A stretch of DNA of 64,000 nt from the NCBI GenBank assembly GCA_050230475.1, contig JBFLGF010000021.1:1-64000 (forward strand). The letters are read 5' to 3'. Each line of letters starts with the position of its first letter. Position 1 is the first letter of the stretch. The notes under the pieces were generated by a model, which was not told where the DNA came from, did not search any database, and saw only the letters and a program-made list of their open reading frames with translations. The position numbers and the translations under genes were made by a program. This stretch comes from Ancylonema sp. Taxonomy: Eukaryota. Below are positions 40,988 through 52,706 of this stretch, piece by piece.

Positions 40988-42805
40988 GTTTGGTGTTGTG
41001 GATATAGAGGGAATCAAGAGATTCGCCAAATCTGTACCTGATGCTTATGCTTAATTAAGAAACCTTTAAGGATTTCGCCTCTCAAACATGCTGCTTAGGA
41101 GTTAATTGATATGGGTCTACATGTGTACCACATGGTAATATATGAAAAAGGGTTTGGTCGCAAAACTTGTCGACACAAATCATGCTATTCAATATGTAAA
41201 CCATGGATGCTGTAAATGACATTGTCGGTTGAGAAATGTCATTCATAACGATAGAGGATATTTGTGTGACCATTGGCAGCAATGGAGCGTGTTGGTGTAA
41301 CCACTCGAGTTGCGCATTAACCGTATGTAGCACGCACTCTTCTTCTCAAAACGTCCACTCACGATCTACCTCGTATCTTGTCAACACTACGGCCAGAAGT
41401 TCGTATAGGATTTGTGCCTACATTGTTTTCATCGGAATACCCAAAACGCACACCACATAACGTGATGAATGAGGCTTTGTTTTCGTTTGTTATCTGATAC
41501 ACAAAGCAGAAAGTTGTCGTATTGTATGAGATCGTGTGGGTAGTTTGTACATCAGTGGTTCGACCACAAGTACGATTGAGCACAGAAGTACAAGGTGCTT
41601 GTTGTAGGGCATCTTGCGTGTGCGCTGAAAAGCAACACAATTTAGCATGTCAACGAGAGGTTTTCAAAATTATGCCACATTAACGAACAATGTGCGTCCT
41701 TGCGTGTTCTTTCTTTTTAGGGCATGCTAAATAGCTCATATGGTACATGTGCTCGTCATAATTTAGACCACTCACGTTGCTAGCAAGTGCTCGCTAAGCA
41801 TGGATCATGTGCGCACTAGAGCAATCTGTGATTGAAGGACTTCAAGTCTTTCGACATGTATCGTGTCCTTGTGCATTGTGTCACCATCGCGACAAAGTGA
41901 GCCTCTTATGCACTTACACCCATATAAATATTTGGATCGATGCTGAGTTGTGAGATGCATTGGCATATGACACAAAAGCTTACAGCAAGAGCTTTCAAAC
42001 GATCCCTTGTGAACACATCATGAGAGATCCACCCTTCCACAATGGAAGCTAACGGCCACATCTGGGCCCAGCAGCATCATTGCGCCCTAGGTACATTTAT
42101 TTTGTCGCAATGTTGTTGATTATAGTGCGACTTGATTTTCACGCATTAGAAAATCGAGTGATATGGCGAGCGTGAGTGTGTACGAGTGCACGTGTGCGTG
42201 TGTGGGTGCCTTAGTGCACTTGGGGAGAAAATGTCTAGTGCTTATTGTATGTAGCGTCCATTTCGGTGTACTTAGAAATACATAAGATTACACTTGTTTG
42301 TGTCACACTGTTGTGGCCGTCCGATTCGACGGCTGGTGTGGCACGTGAGAATTACACGAGTCTAGATTATACGACAAAATAATAGAAGGTATTTTTTATT
42401 CATAAATATAAGGATGATGCAAAAAAAATCAAATTCTTGATGCCCTCCTTGAAACACATAAGTTGTACCTTACCAACTAGTGTCTGGCCACCTCACATAT
42501 TATGGCCAATGAGGTACTAGTCCTTTGTTTAATTTGCTGGCGCAGCTCTCTAGTTAAACGTATCGCGAGACTCCGTCCCACCTAGAGTAAAACGTAAAAA
42601 ACATAATCATAAGCATCGTGTACGATTAATAACCTCACCTAACCTAACTATATTATTGTGATCCAAAGGAGCCCAGTGACCGACACGGCTCGTCAATGAG
42701 ATCCGGGATGATGGATTGCCTTTGATCTCGATTGCGAGCCCAGAATGTCACAAGCACAAAGGTCGCACCGAATCCAGGACTGCTACCTGGCAGCTACCCA
42801 CGCTC

Positions 42806-45219
42806 TCATCGACCGCTCATCTGGACGTTGCTGTCATGAAAGCCCTGGTGGAACGGCCCCACTGCCCAACCCGGAAAAAAAGTGGTTTGGTGAGTGACAG
42901 ATGTACAGTGACCTGTTATTCAATGTCAACAACGCAAATGCATAGAAGAGGTTCGAGAAGTATTGAAGCAATGGGGATTTCAGATCCAAATGTCATTTAT
43001 GCTTGTAGACACTCGAGAGTTCCTGGATCAGTAATCTGTACCATAGATGAGAGTGAGTAATCACAAATGACAAATCGTATGACACCTACAACATTTGCCC
43101 GCCCCCACCTCGCTATCACCACCCGATCGATGGAGAGATCTTGGAGAGATCTTGGAGAGATCATGGAGAGATCATCTACACCTCTCTTTTTTTCCTTCCA
43201 CATATCATCACACCCTGCCCATCCCATCCCTTCTCTTCCCAACCCCACCCTCCTCCAGCTCCCAGCTCACCTGCCTCCCCCACCTCCCCCCCCCAGCTCC
43301 GTCCAAAGGACCGCGTTCGCAGCACTCCAAAGCCGCCTCCTCTCGTAACATTCCCCCACCCCCTTAAGTAGCATCTGCAGAGGAGGTAGAGGAGGGCGGC
43401 GAGGAGGAGGACCCCTCCTATACAGGCCAACACCACCCCAACCAAAGCTCCTGTGCCAAGTCCACCTCTGGCCATGGCAGGTTGCCAGATATAGGTGCCA
43501 GATGTAAGCTCTGATAGGAAGGAAGGGGGGGGGGGGGGGAGGCGCATTGGAGATCCATGCAAACCCCCACATCAGCATTGAAGAATAAGGAGGTTATAAG
43601 TGATTTGTGTGAAAACACACGGGGCGGTATTGAAGCCCCTCCCTCTTAGTCCTACAGCCTTCTCTGAGGTGCTGTCTAGCAGAGGTGAGGTCGGACCCTC
43701 ACCTGCCTCGACGGTGGACGCGTTGGAAAGGGAGGTCCCGATGACTTCATATAACTCGAACCCGTTTAGGATGGGGTTATATAAGCTGCCGTTGGCCTTC
43801 ACCAGCCCAAACACGAAGAGATCTTGGGTGTAGGAAGGGGGGAAGTGGAAGGGGATCGCGATAGTGGTGGCGTTGAAGAGGCCGGACTGTGCTGCATCGA
43901 ACCCTGTGTCAGTGCCCTCTCCGATGCGTGTGAAGGTGCCGTAACCCGCGAGTATGACGTAAAATACGCGCTCCCCAGGCTTCACAGTCGCATTGATTTC
44001 CGCAAAGTAGAGGTGTAGGAGCCACTCATTGCTGTTGCTGATGGGGGTGACGTTCACTTTATATAAGGTGACGTCCTCTGCCAGCCAGGCTTCCCGTGCC
44101 GTCTGAAACATCTGGCAGGGGAGATTGTTGGGGGCGGCGGTCGGTCCACAGCTGGCGATTGCCTCCGTGGTCGATAGTGGATTGTACGGCACATCCGCTG
44201 ATGAGAAGTCGGGCGACCAGGGTCGATACCTGGGGTCTGTCGGGTAACCGGTGATGGCAGGTCCTCCCCCGTTCAGTCTCACTGCCAGATTCAACACCAC
44301 ATTCGTTCCCCAATACGACGCCTCATAGGCATCTGTGTCCAGGGGATCGACTTCGATGCTGCTTATGAATGGCACCCCCTGTTGCCCATACAAGCAGATC
44401 TGGAGAGTGGTGTTGGCATAGACTAGGTAATCGCCAAATACAACGGGATCCGTGGCGTTCACAACAGTATTCATGTCCACGTAGTCCGCCTGGGTTGGTC
44501 CAAAGAGGACTCCGAAGATAGGAGGTGCGTTCAGACCGTCATAATTGCTGTACGCCCAACTCAAGCGGACCAGGAAGCGGCCGTTGGGGACAGGGATGTG
44601 GTAGCATGGATCGCTGCCTTTGGGGAAAGCGCGGAGGGTAGCGAGTTCGGGAATGGTGGATAGGCCAACGGCATAGGCGTTAGTGATGTTGTAGGCAGAC
44701 CCTCCTGCATAGTATTGGTCGATTCCCCAAGATGAGTTGGTGGCTGTGTCGAAGGTTGGCGTAGAGCTGCCGCAGTCGATGCGGATAGAATCTGACGTCA
44801 GAGGAACAGAGGGGACGGAGAGGATCAGGAAAACTGGGAATCTTGCAGACAGGGATTGGCTGAGAATTGGAAATTGCATTCACCGACGCGCCTACTGTCA
44901 TCTCCGGGTACATCTGTTACATTTGAGCTGCGGATCGTGAGAATGCTTAGGGAGCCTCTCCTGCAAAATCAGTTGGACGGCATTGGTGTGCATCCGCAGT
45001 AATTATGGTGAGCATCTGAATATGTGGGTCTACTTCAAAATCTTGGAAAAGCGATTCAGAAGGTCAAACAGTGACCACATTCAGATGTGTAGAGAAACCT
45101 CAAACACTAGACTGGTATATTCGGAGCCTCGTACTTGTGATCGCAACAAATGACAGGACGGCATGTGTCAATGTTGAGAAGAACGCCAGCCGCAGGACTC
45201 CACGACAAGTTGAAGCCAT
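42806..45219 (-). CDS. Malectin-like domain receptor-like protein (signal peptide, malectin-like ectodomain, TM, short tail)
   Basis: Hydrophobic exon 1 from 45219. Large exon about 44791-43703 has IRIDCGS, LATLRAFP, CYHIPVPNGRFLVRL, YSNYDG, PFISSIEV, RLNGGG, DPRYRPW, FQTAR, LYFAEI, GERVF and PILNGFELY. TM LVGVVLACIGGVLLLAALLYLLC. Putative last exon 42861-42806. Confidence 0.85.
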
Positions 45220-45698
45220 GTGGCGGTAATGGCGGGAAGACCTTGTGGATGTAAGGCCCACTGTTTCTAGGGGGGCAGCGATATGCAATACGTGAGGAGG
45301 CCAGGAGAATTGAAGGAGGCCAGGAGAATTGAAGGAGCCCTGCGATTATTATTTTTTGTTGTTTGAACTTCACAACGCGCCACGACCGCCACGACCGGCT
45401 CCGCCTCGGTATTCCCAAAACAAACGTATCTGGGCTGCCGCGCCAATCAGATACGCTATCTTTTTATGTCTTTTAATATATTTGTAACAAAGACTATTGT
45501 CGAAACGAAACCACTCATTGAAGTCTAAGGTTTCACGACTTGCGTGCACCCAGCAGTACCATCGGCTCACATATTTGTCGTTTTCAAGGATATGTAGTTT
45601 CTTTACAGGCACGTTCTTGTAATGAGATGGGGTTCCCGTCGTTTTTCAGTAATATACATTTCACATTAAAGGCAGGCATGTGTTGTCGAGGGTGGTAA

Positions 45699-47465
45699 AT
45701 GCAGACGGAGCCCACGCTTCTACAACCTGTGGACTGGCAGAAAAGTATCTCAGCATCTGACAAACGTACTCCAACCAACGTTAAAAACTTCCAGGTTCTC
45801 TCGGGAACGCTTCTGCCAGCCACTTTGCGATACGCTAGCAGTTTTAAGCATAGAGCGCTTGGCGGTCCACATATCGAGTACAAAGGTAGTGTGATGGAGC
45901 CGTACGATGACCGAGACCCGCAGCATGTGCAGTCTGCTCTAGATCCTAAAGGGCTTAGAAGAGACCTCTCACTCCAGACGAAAGGCCCTATCATTTCAAG
46001 TTCTGGGGTACCAGGAGGTCTAGCGCTAGCGACATCGTCGCAGATGCAATTTCGAGGGGACCATTTGCATATATCTGAAAATTATGGAGTCTTGAAAATG
46101 CTTAATAAGCAAGGTGAACTAATGTCCTTCCCACGTCAGTTTCTTTAAGCTTGAACGGGATCTGGAACGAGACTGTTACCCATTATTTCTGCGCATCATT
46201 TTTGGGGTGCTGCATTTTGGGTGAGGCAGAGTAGCATGGCAACTATGTTTCTATTCAGTCATGTTCACATACACTTTTGGATTTACATTCGTGGTTTGGT
46301 TCAATGAAGTGCACTTCAAAAAACACAATTACACATCACCCAGGGGTGTATAGTGATTGCGATGACATAGGAGCGATCGTGACACCAAACCTGTCTCGCC
46401 TTACCGCCACATCAGCTGAAGCATGTGATGAGGGTGTGTGCAGGGGATAATGAAGTGCATTTCGCTGATAAGATAATGAAGATAAACCGGGGGAACGAGA
46501 TGAGGAAACGTTTGTTGGTTATAACGGGCAGTAACTTCTACATCTTGGACCCTGCCTCCTTTAGATGCAAGCGACAGATCCCTCTCGAGACGATCAACGC
46601 CCTGTGCTTGAGTGAACTGAACGACAACTTCTTCGCAATCATTGTCGCATCGGGCAACGATATGCTGCTCGCCAGCAGTAGGAAGACAGAGATAGTGACC
46701 GTGCTTCACACGGCTCTAAAATCTCTACGCCTCGATCTGAATGTGGAGTTCACAAACAGGTAAGATCTCCTGGCTGGAACCCATCCCTCTCCCCAACTCT
46801 GTTCTGGATACGGGAGATTCAATCTTGTCTATAAATCGAGAAGAGCACTGCTATATAGAACAGTACTGCTGTGTAGAACAGCACTGCTGTATATGTTATC
46901 ATCTACTGTTGCAAGAAATTCGACCCTGATTTAGCAGTGCATGAAAAAATTCCAATTTCACCAGATGTAGTTGTATAGGAGAAGTCTGGTTTGGAGCGTG
47001 GAGTATCGCTGGTGGGGCACGAGCCGCTTTCTGGTTCCCTTAGACTCTTGACCCTCTGACTCATGTTTGAGAGTGCTCATCATTAGTTGTTGGTTGGTGG
47101 TTGTCGATGCAGCTTCACGTTTACATTCGATTCAGAAACAGCTCGAGAAGTACAGCTCCATCAGATCAATGGTAGGGCAGTCGTTGTTGGATGCATATAC
47201 CCTTTCTGCCACCCTTTCTGCTGCAGGCATGTACATAGGCAGACTGATGTGTGCCACCTGTACACCGTCAACTATCGTGGTTTCAGGGTTTTAATGTTGC
47301 CATGTGAAGACTACGCCGATGGGGCTCATGTGAGGAGCAGTCGTTGGGGATGTAAATTCTAATGATCATTTTCTAGAACACTGATAAGAAACGCTTCTTT
47401 CTGCAGGTGGTGTGAGTGCTCGCATTACAGATGTAAACCTAATGGAGATCGGGGAGGAAGCTTAA
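45699..47465 (+). CDS. Stand-alone myosin tail TH1 domain protein
   Basis: Exons 45699-46113 (FRGDHL..KMLNKQ), 46444-46759 (VHFADKIMKINR..RLLVIT..LSELNDNFFAII..DMLLASSRKTEIV), 47113-47171 and 47407-47465. Confidence 0.88.
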
Positions 47466-47516
47466 GTTGTTCACATTTAGGTGGAGATACGAGGGGTCTC
47501 CCATCAAAGGGATGTT

Positions 47517-47594
47517 CTATTGAATAGAAAATGATCGGCCCTGAAATGCATACCTCTATTGAATAGAAAATGATCGGCCCTGAAATGCATACCT
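47517..47594. repeat. 39-bp tandem duplication in the 3' UTR region
   Basis: CTATTGAATAGAAAATGATCGGCCCTGAAATGCATACCT x2. Confidence 0.95.
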
Positions 47595-49396
47595 TTATTC
47601 AACACAGACTCACATACGTTCAAGTTCCTTCTGCTTCCATTGCACGTGTATACAGCTCCCTCCTTTATATTATTCTTGTATGTGTGGCAGAACAATTTCG
47701 CCCAGTCTCGATTTCATGACACTTGGGACCACACATGATTGGTATATTGAGGCAGGCAATCACTTCTAGCCAATCAGATGTACCAGTCATGCGACACGTT
47801 TGAGGATAGTTGAGTGATTGCTCTTGCCAATTGGGTGACTGGTTTACTTGCCTTCATTTGCATTCTTAGTGTCGGTGCTGACTGGGTATGCCCGCGTTGC
47901 ACTTAATTAGTGTAAGTGGGTGAATGTTGTGAGGTCATGACTAATGCTGATATCGCTCAACACATTCGGCAAGCACTTAATTGCAAACCATTTGCGTGCA
48001 CAAGGGTCCTACCCTATTCTACCGACAAACTCAAAGTTTTCAGGAAAGTATATACATCGGCACTAACAATGTGTTCCACTAGTACAATCTCTCCTTCCCA
48101 CTTCGTAATCTTACCAGCCTATGTAGAAAGTGTGCCTACGTGGTAGTTGTGGCGCTGGTTGCTCTAAAGCTAACACGCACGCGTTCGAACGATGCATGTT
48201 GTTTCGCGATACTTTGTGCAATTCATTGTTGTAGGCGTACGGATTTGGAAGAGCTGGCTATGGGTGGCTGTGGAACACATCGAAGTTTGTGCATTTGAAG
48301 ATTAGGAGTCGTAGATCGAGAACGCACAGCCGAGCCACATGCGCGTTCGTTAAATCGAGGGCAATGCATGGGTGAAGAGGGCACGATACTACGTAGCATA
48401 ACAACTGCAAGTCCGGAGTCAGGAACTGTAGCAGCAAGGTTCAATCCACCAGATTTTTTCGTATTAGTTTACACATTCCCCCACCCTACCCCTCCACCCG
48501 TTCTTAATTGATTTCAACCCACCAAACCCACTGCTATCAATTTCATTTCGCGTACCCACACCCCCAACTCCTTGGCCACTGCCATCCCAGCCGGGTCGCA
48601 TCCAAATTGAAAATTGTACTGACCTGCTGGACATGGATGTCATCCCGTGGGCCAAAGAGATGTCAAGAAAGTTGAATACATTCCACGAGATTCGAACCAC
48701 CGTCGTGCAGAGCAGGGGGTGCCAAGTAGCAAGTAGCCCGCTGGCCAATAGTGACCTAGACGCGTAGTGATAACACGTATGTAATGCATCATCAACATGA
48801 TAGCTGTCATGATTGTTGTCTCAATGTGTCTCTGGACGACCCAATCTGACAATAGCGCCAACGCTAAACCCCCAGCGGGAAGCCCTACTACACTTTTACT
48901 CGTACTTTTTCGCTAAACACCCACGTCACACCGCCGGCAACCGATAAAAATAATTATTTTCGTACCCCTACGCCACAAGTTTGGAATCAAATAGTGGTGG
49001 ATTAAATCGCACTGCTACGGTATGTGGACATTCATAAAGACGATGAATCATAATGCCATTATCAGTCGTTCAGAAATGTTCAAACGCAATGCTATGTGTT
49101 TAAGACCACAAGACCATCACACGATACTCGAGAATACAATACACCAAACATTTAAGAGGACTGGACAAACACCCCCTTAACAAACTTGTTGAGATTAACT
49201 ACACATGGACGTCCGTGCGTCTCCTGGATTATGACAAAGACATCCTTTACTTCAACGGATCTCAATCACATTTTTGAATGATGAAATGAAGCAGGGAAGA
49301 GTCTGTCGTAGTAGAGCGTATGTTGTTGAACACCGGTCCAATGATGGTTGTAAGGATTTCCGGAAAAGTTGGTGTAGCCTTAAGACTAGATTGCCT

Positions 49397-51957
49397 CTAC
49401 GTGGACTTCTCCAACCCGGGCATGTCTGCAAGCCAATGTGGAACGGGTCAATATAATTTGATCGAGTTTAATTTACAGTGCCTATCATTTTCTGTCTCCT
49501 CTCAAATGTTCATGCCAATCCCAACACGAATTTGACCATATAGCATGTGCACAACATTTTGCGATGATAAAAACTACACCAAAACCATTTCTTTTGTAAT
49601 ATTTGTGCTTCGGATGTCCATTTCCCATATAAACCGAAAGCCCCTTCATTTTTGTGGACATCTCCACTTCTCTATGATTATTTGCAGAATCGTAGCAAAT
49701 ATCACCGCTCCAGGATACACTACGCAAGAGTCTTCTCCATTTTCTATTTTCTGAGGGTCAAATTAAAAGGGACAACTTTCATGACTCACCCTCATCATCT
49801 TCGTCATCTTCCTCCATATCCCCCATGTCAGGGCCCCCACCACCCATACCACCAAAGCCCTCAAACCCCCCCATGCCCCCCATACCCCCCATCCCCCCCA
49901 TGGCCCCCATTCCCCCCATGCCCCCCATGCCTCCCATGCCTCCCATCCCCCCCATCCCTCCCATCCCTCCCATACTACCCATCATGCTTTCAAGCCCTCC
50001 TCCGCCCATACCCTGCAAACATTGGGCACAGGGCATAAGCACCTTACAATCATCACTGCTCTGACCCACTCTTGGTTCTCTTGTGCAAAAAATGAATATT
50101 GAGTTGCGCTCAAAGCAGACACAATATGGACAGTAGCAAAATTTACGTAAACCACCTGAGAATTTGGAAGTGTCTGTCATTATATTTTCACAGAAAGATA
50201 AGAGCATGTACAGCAACGAACACAACCTGCAGTCTAGCATCCACATATGACAACATCTAGAATAGTAATCCGCCAGTACTTCAGTGAACAGCCCAACGAG
50301 GAACTTACCCCAAAGCTGCTCATGTCCATATTGTTCGCTGTCAAAGGGAAACAGTTGGGAGCTTATTTTAGAATTGTTGCCCAGCCACATTGCATCTTGG
50401 CTACCAGACCCTTTCATATCTAAGAATCATTCTGAGTAACCACATGCAGAGCTTCGCACACGAAAATTAAAGACAGATTGATAACACCAATCCACGATAG
50501 ATATTAAATTGAGCATAGTATACAACATCAGCTGCTGGTATACCACATTACTTTACGCATCAGCATCACAACCCCTGCCCACAAGACAGAAGCCTACAAT
50601 CTCTTGAATGTGCATGTCCAGAGTCAGGCATGAATCCTGTAAAACATTTTTTGCCAACCAGACTCTTACAGAGAGTACTTAGTATCAATATATCTTGACA
50701 AAATCCGAGGCAGATTACAAATACGACAAGCAAGTATCACGTGAAGCCTGGTCAATTTTGTTGATAGATGTACGGTACACAGTTCTTTAAAACATCGAAT
50801 ATTCTTTGCACCTGATGACAGCCAGAGCAAGAAGGCATCCAGTCCTGTTCTCCAGACAGAACTTATAATGATTCTAACTGCTGGCACAAATTTTACAAAG
50901 CCAACCTGAGGTTTATCAGGGTTTAGGACTGTGTAACTCACAAGGATTAGGAGCCTCAGATTCTTCATCCTCATCCACATATTTAGTCCAGTCCACCTTA
51001 ACATAAGCAGGAGGTTTGCCTTCAGCCTTCAATAGTCTTTTCCACCATAATACACTCTCCTCCTTCACTAGTATCAAAATCTAGTGACGAGTTGTGACAC
51101 TCGTCTTACTAGACTGCGCCGACAAAGAGACACACAGCACGAACACATCCTTGGATACCGGTCAAAATCTGCATCAGAAGAAAGACTGCAATCCAGGGAG
51201 TTACAACGTTCAGCTTTAGCTTCTGGAAAAAATACCCTCTTACAGGCCCATGCTCCATTCCCTGTGATGGCATTTGGCTTTGTGTGAAGACATCATACAC
51301 TACAAGAAAATGTAGTCATCTGCAGTCGCAGATGAGTAAGTATTACTCAGCTATATTTTACGTCACATGCTGCTGTGCATGACCACCCGCCCAGGTTGGT
51401 TTGGATTAGTTGTACCTCTACGTCAATTTTGTCAAAAAGCTCTAGTTCTGTCTCGAATCGAGTGTTGGCCTCGCCAATCGTTGCAGAATACGTAAATTTG
51501 CCTTCGGCAGTGATTTCACATTTTGTATCCTTTGCATCTGGTAGCTCAACTGTCAAATACACCTTGTCTGACCGTTGAGCCCACTTGATTTCAGGATGTC
51601 GGCTGCAGAAAGTGGTTCAAAATTTTCAAAAATCAGCTTGTGACCATTCTTAAATCTATTTTGCGTCAATGTATACATGCCTCCATGCGATCAAATGGAA
51701 GCATGTGCTGATGACGTGGTCATTCTAAAGTGAAACAGCAGAAGCAGTCGCTAGATCTGAATGCTGAAACAATTACGGAAGCTATGATGAATCTCATCAT
51801 AGTAAAGTCTCAGTACTTGGGGGATGCGCAACTTGTTTGCAAGAACATAGATTCTTAGTTGGCAATTACCATTTCTCTCTTCGCAGGAGCCAACACATTT
51901 ATTTATCATGTGTCTAAGGTGCGCAGGGGTAAAAAACAGGACTTCGGCTCACCTCAT
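49397..51957 (-). CDS. P23: HSP90 co-chaperone p23 (CS domain, GGM-rich tail); contains an in-frame TAG
   Basis: MS/RHPEIKWAQRSDKVYLTVELPD, WWKRLLKAEGKPPAYVKVDW..VDEDEE, a (GGM)n exon at about 49790-50010, and last exon DMPGLEKST* (49425-49397). Confidence 0.92.
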
Positions 51958-52706
51958 GATTAATAGAAAATAGGTAGCAGTTTTACGACAAGTCAGTCGC
52001 AGTACTTTCAATAAGCTGCTGCGACAAATGCAAAAAGCGGCACAGATACTCGGACATGCAAAGACCAGATTATTGATGCCCGTTCTCGAGTGCAAGTGGG
52101 TCACTTACACCAGTAGTGTCATGCTTGTTGTCTACATCAGCAACCATTTCCCTATTGTGGAATGTTCCTGAGTGACCGGATCAGTCTCCCTCTAAAGTAT
52201 TTCTTCTGGTTAACCGCAACATCATCGATATAAAACACAATCTCAATCCTGAATCCCGATCCTCGAAGTCGCCAGGAATCCTGGAGCAGGATACGTCTCG
52301 ACGTATCGACCCGTGTATCAACCCTGTCCGTCGTAAATATGTTAAAAATCTATTTTTAAAAACCTGAAGCATGGAGTTTCTCGAGTTGTAAAACTTGAGC
52401 GGGTCGCGTCGGACAAGATTGGGCTTGTTTTTTTGAAAACTCAAAAACCGGTTATCCAGTTAGGAGAGAGGAGGCTTCGGGCTTTAGCTGTGCTACTGAA
52501 TGAGTGTGGAAAACGCTCGACCCCTATGCGAATTGGTATACTGTGATGATCAGTGCACCCCTACGCTAGTCATACAAATTGCCGTACGGGATAACGAAGG
52601 ACTCCATTGCCCAGGCTTCTGCTCACCCTTGCGCATCTACACACCACATCACTAGCGAGTCAAGGATCAGGAACTGGTGACCGGGGAAGGAGTTTGGGCG
52701 ACCTCG

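Noticed and set aside
52220..52326. Possible hAT end (GTATCAACCCTG) between p23 and SmF
   Set aside because: No convincing partner TIR or TSD.
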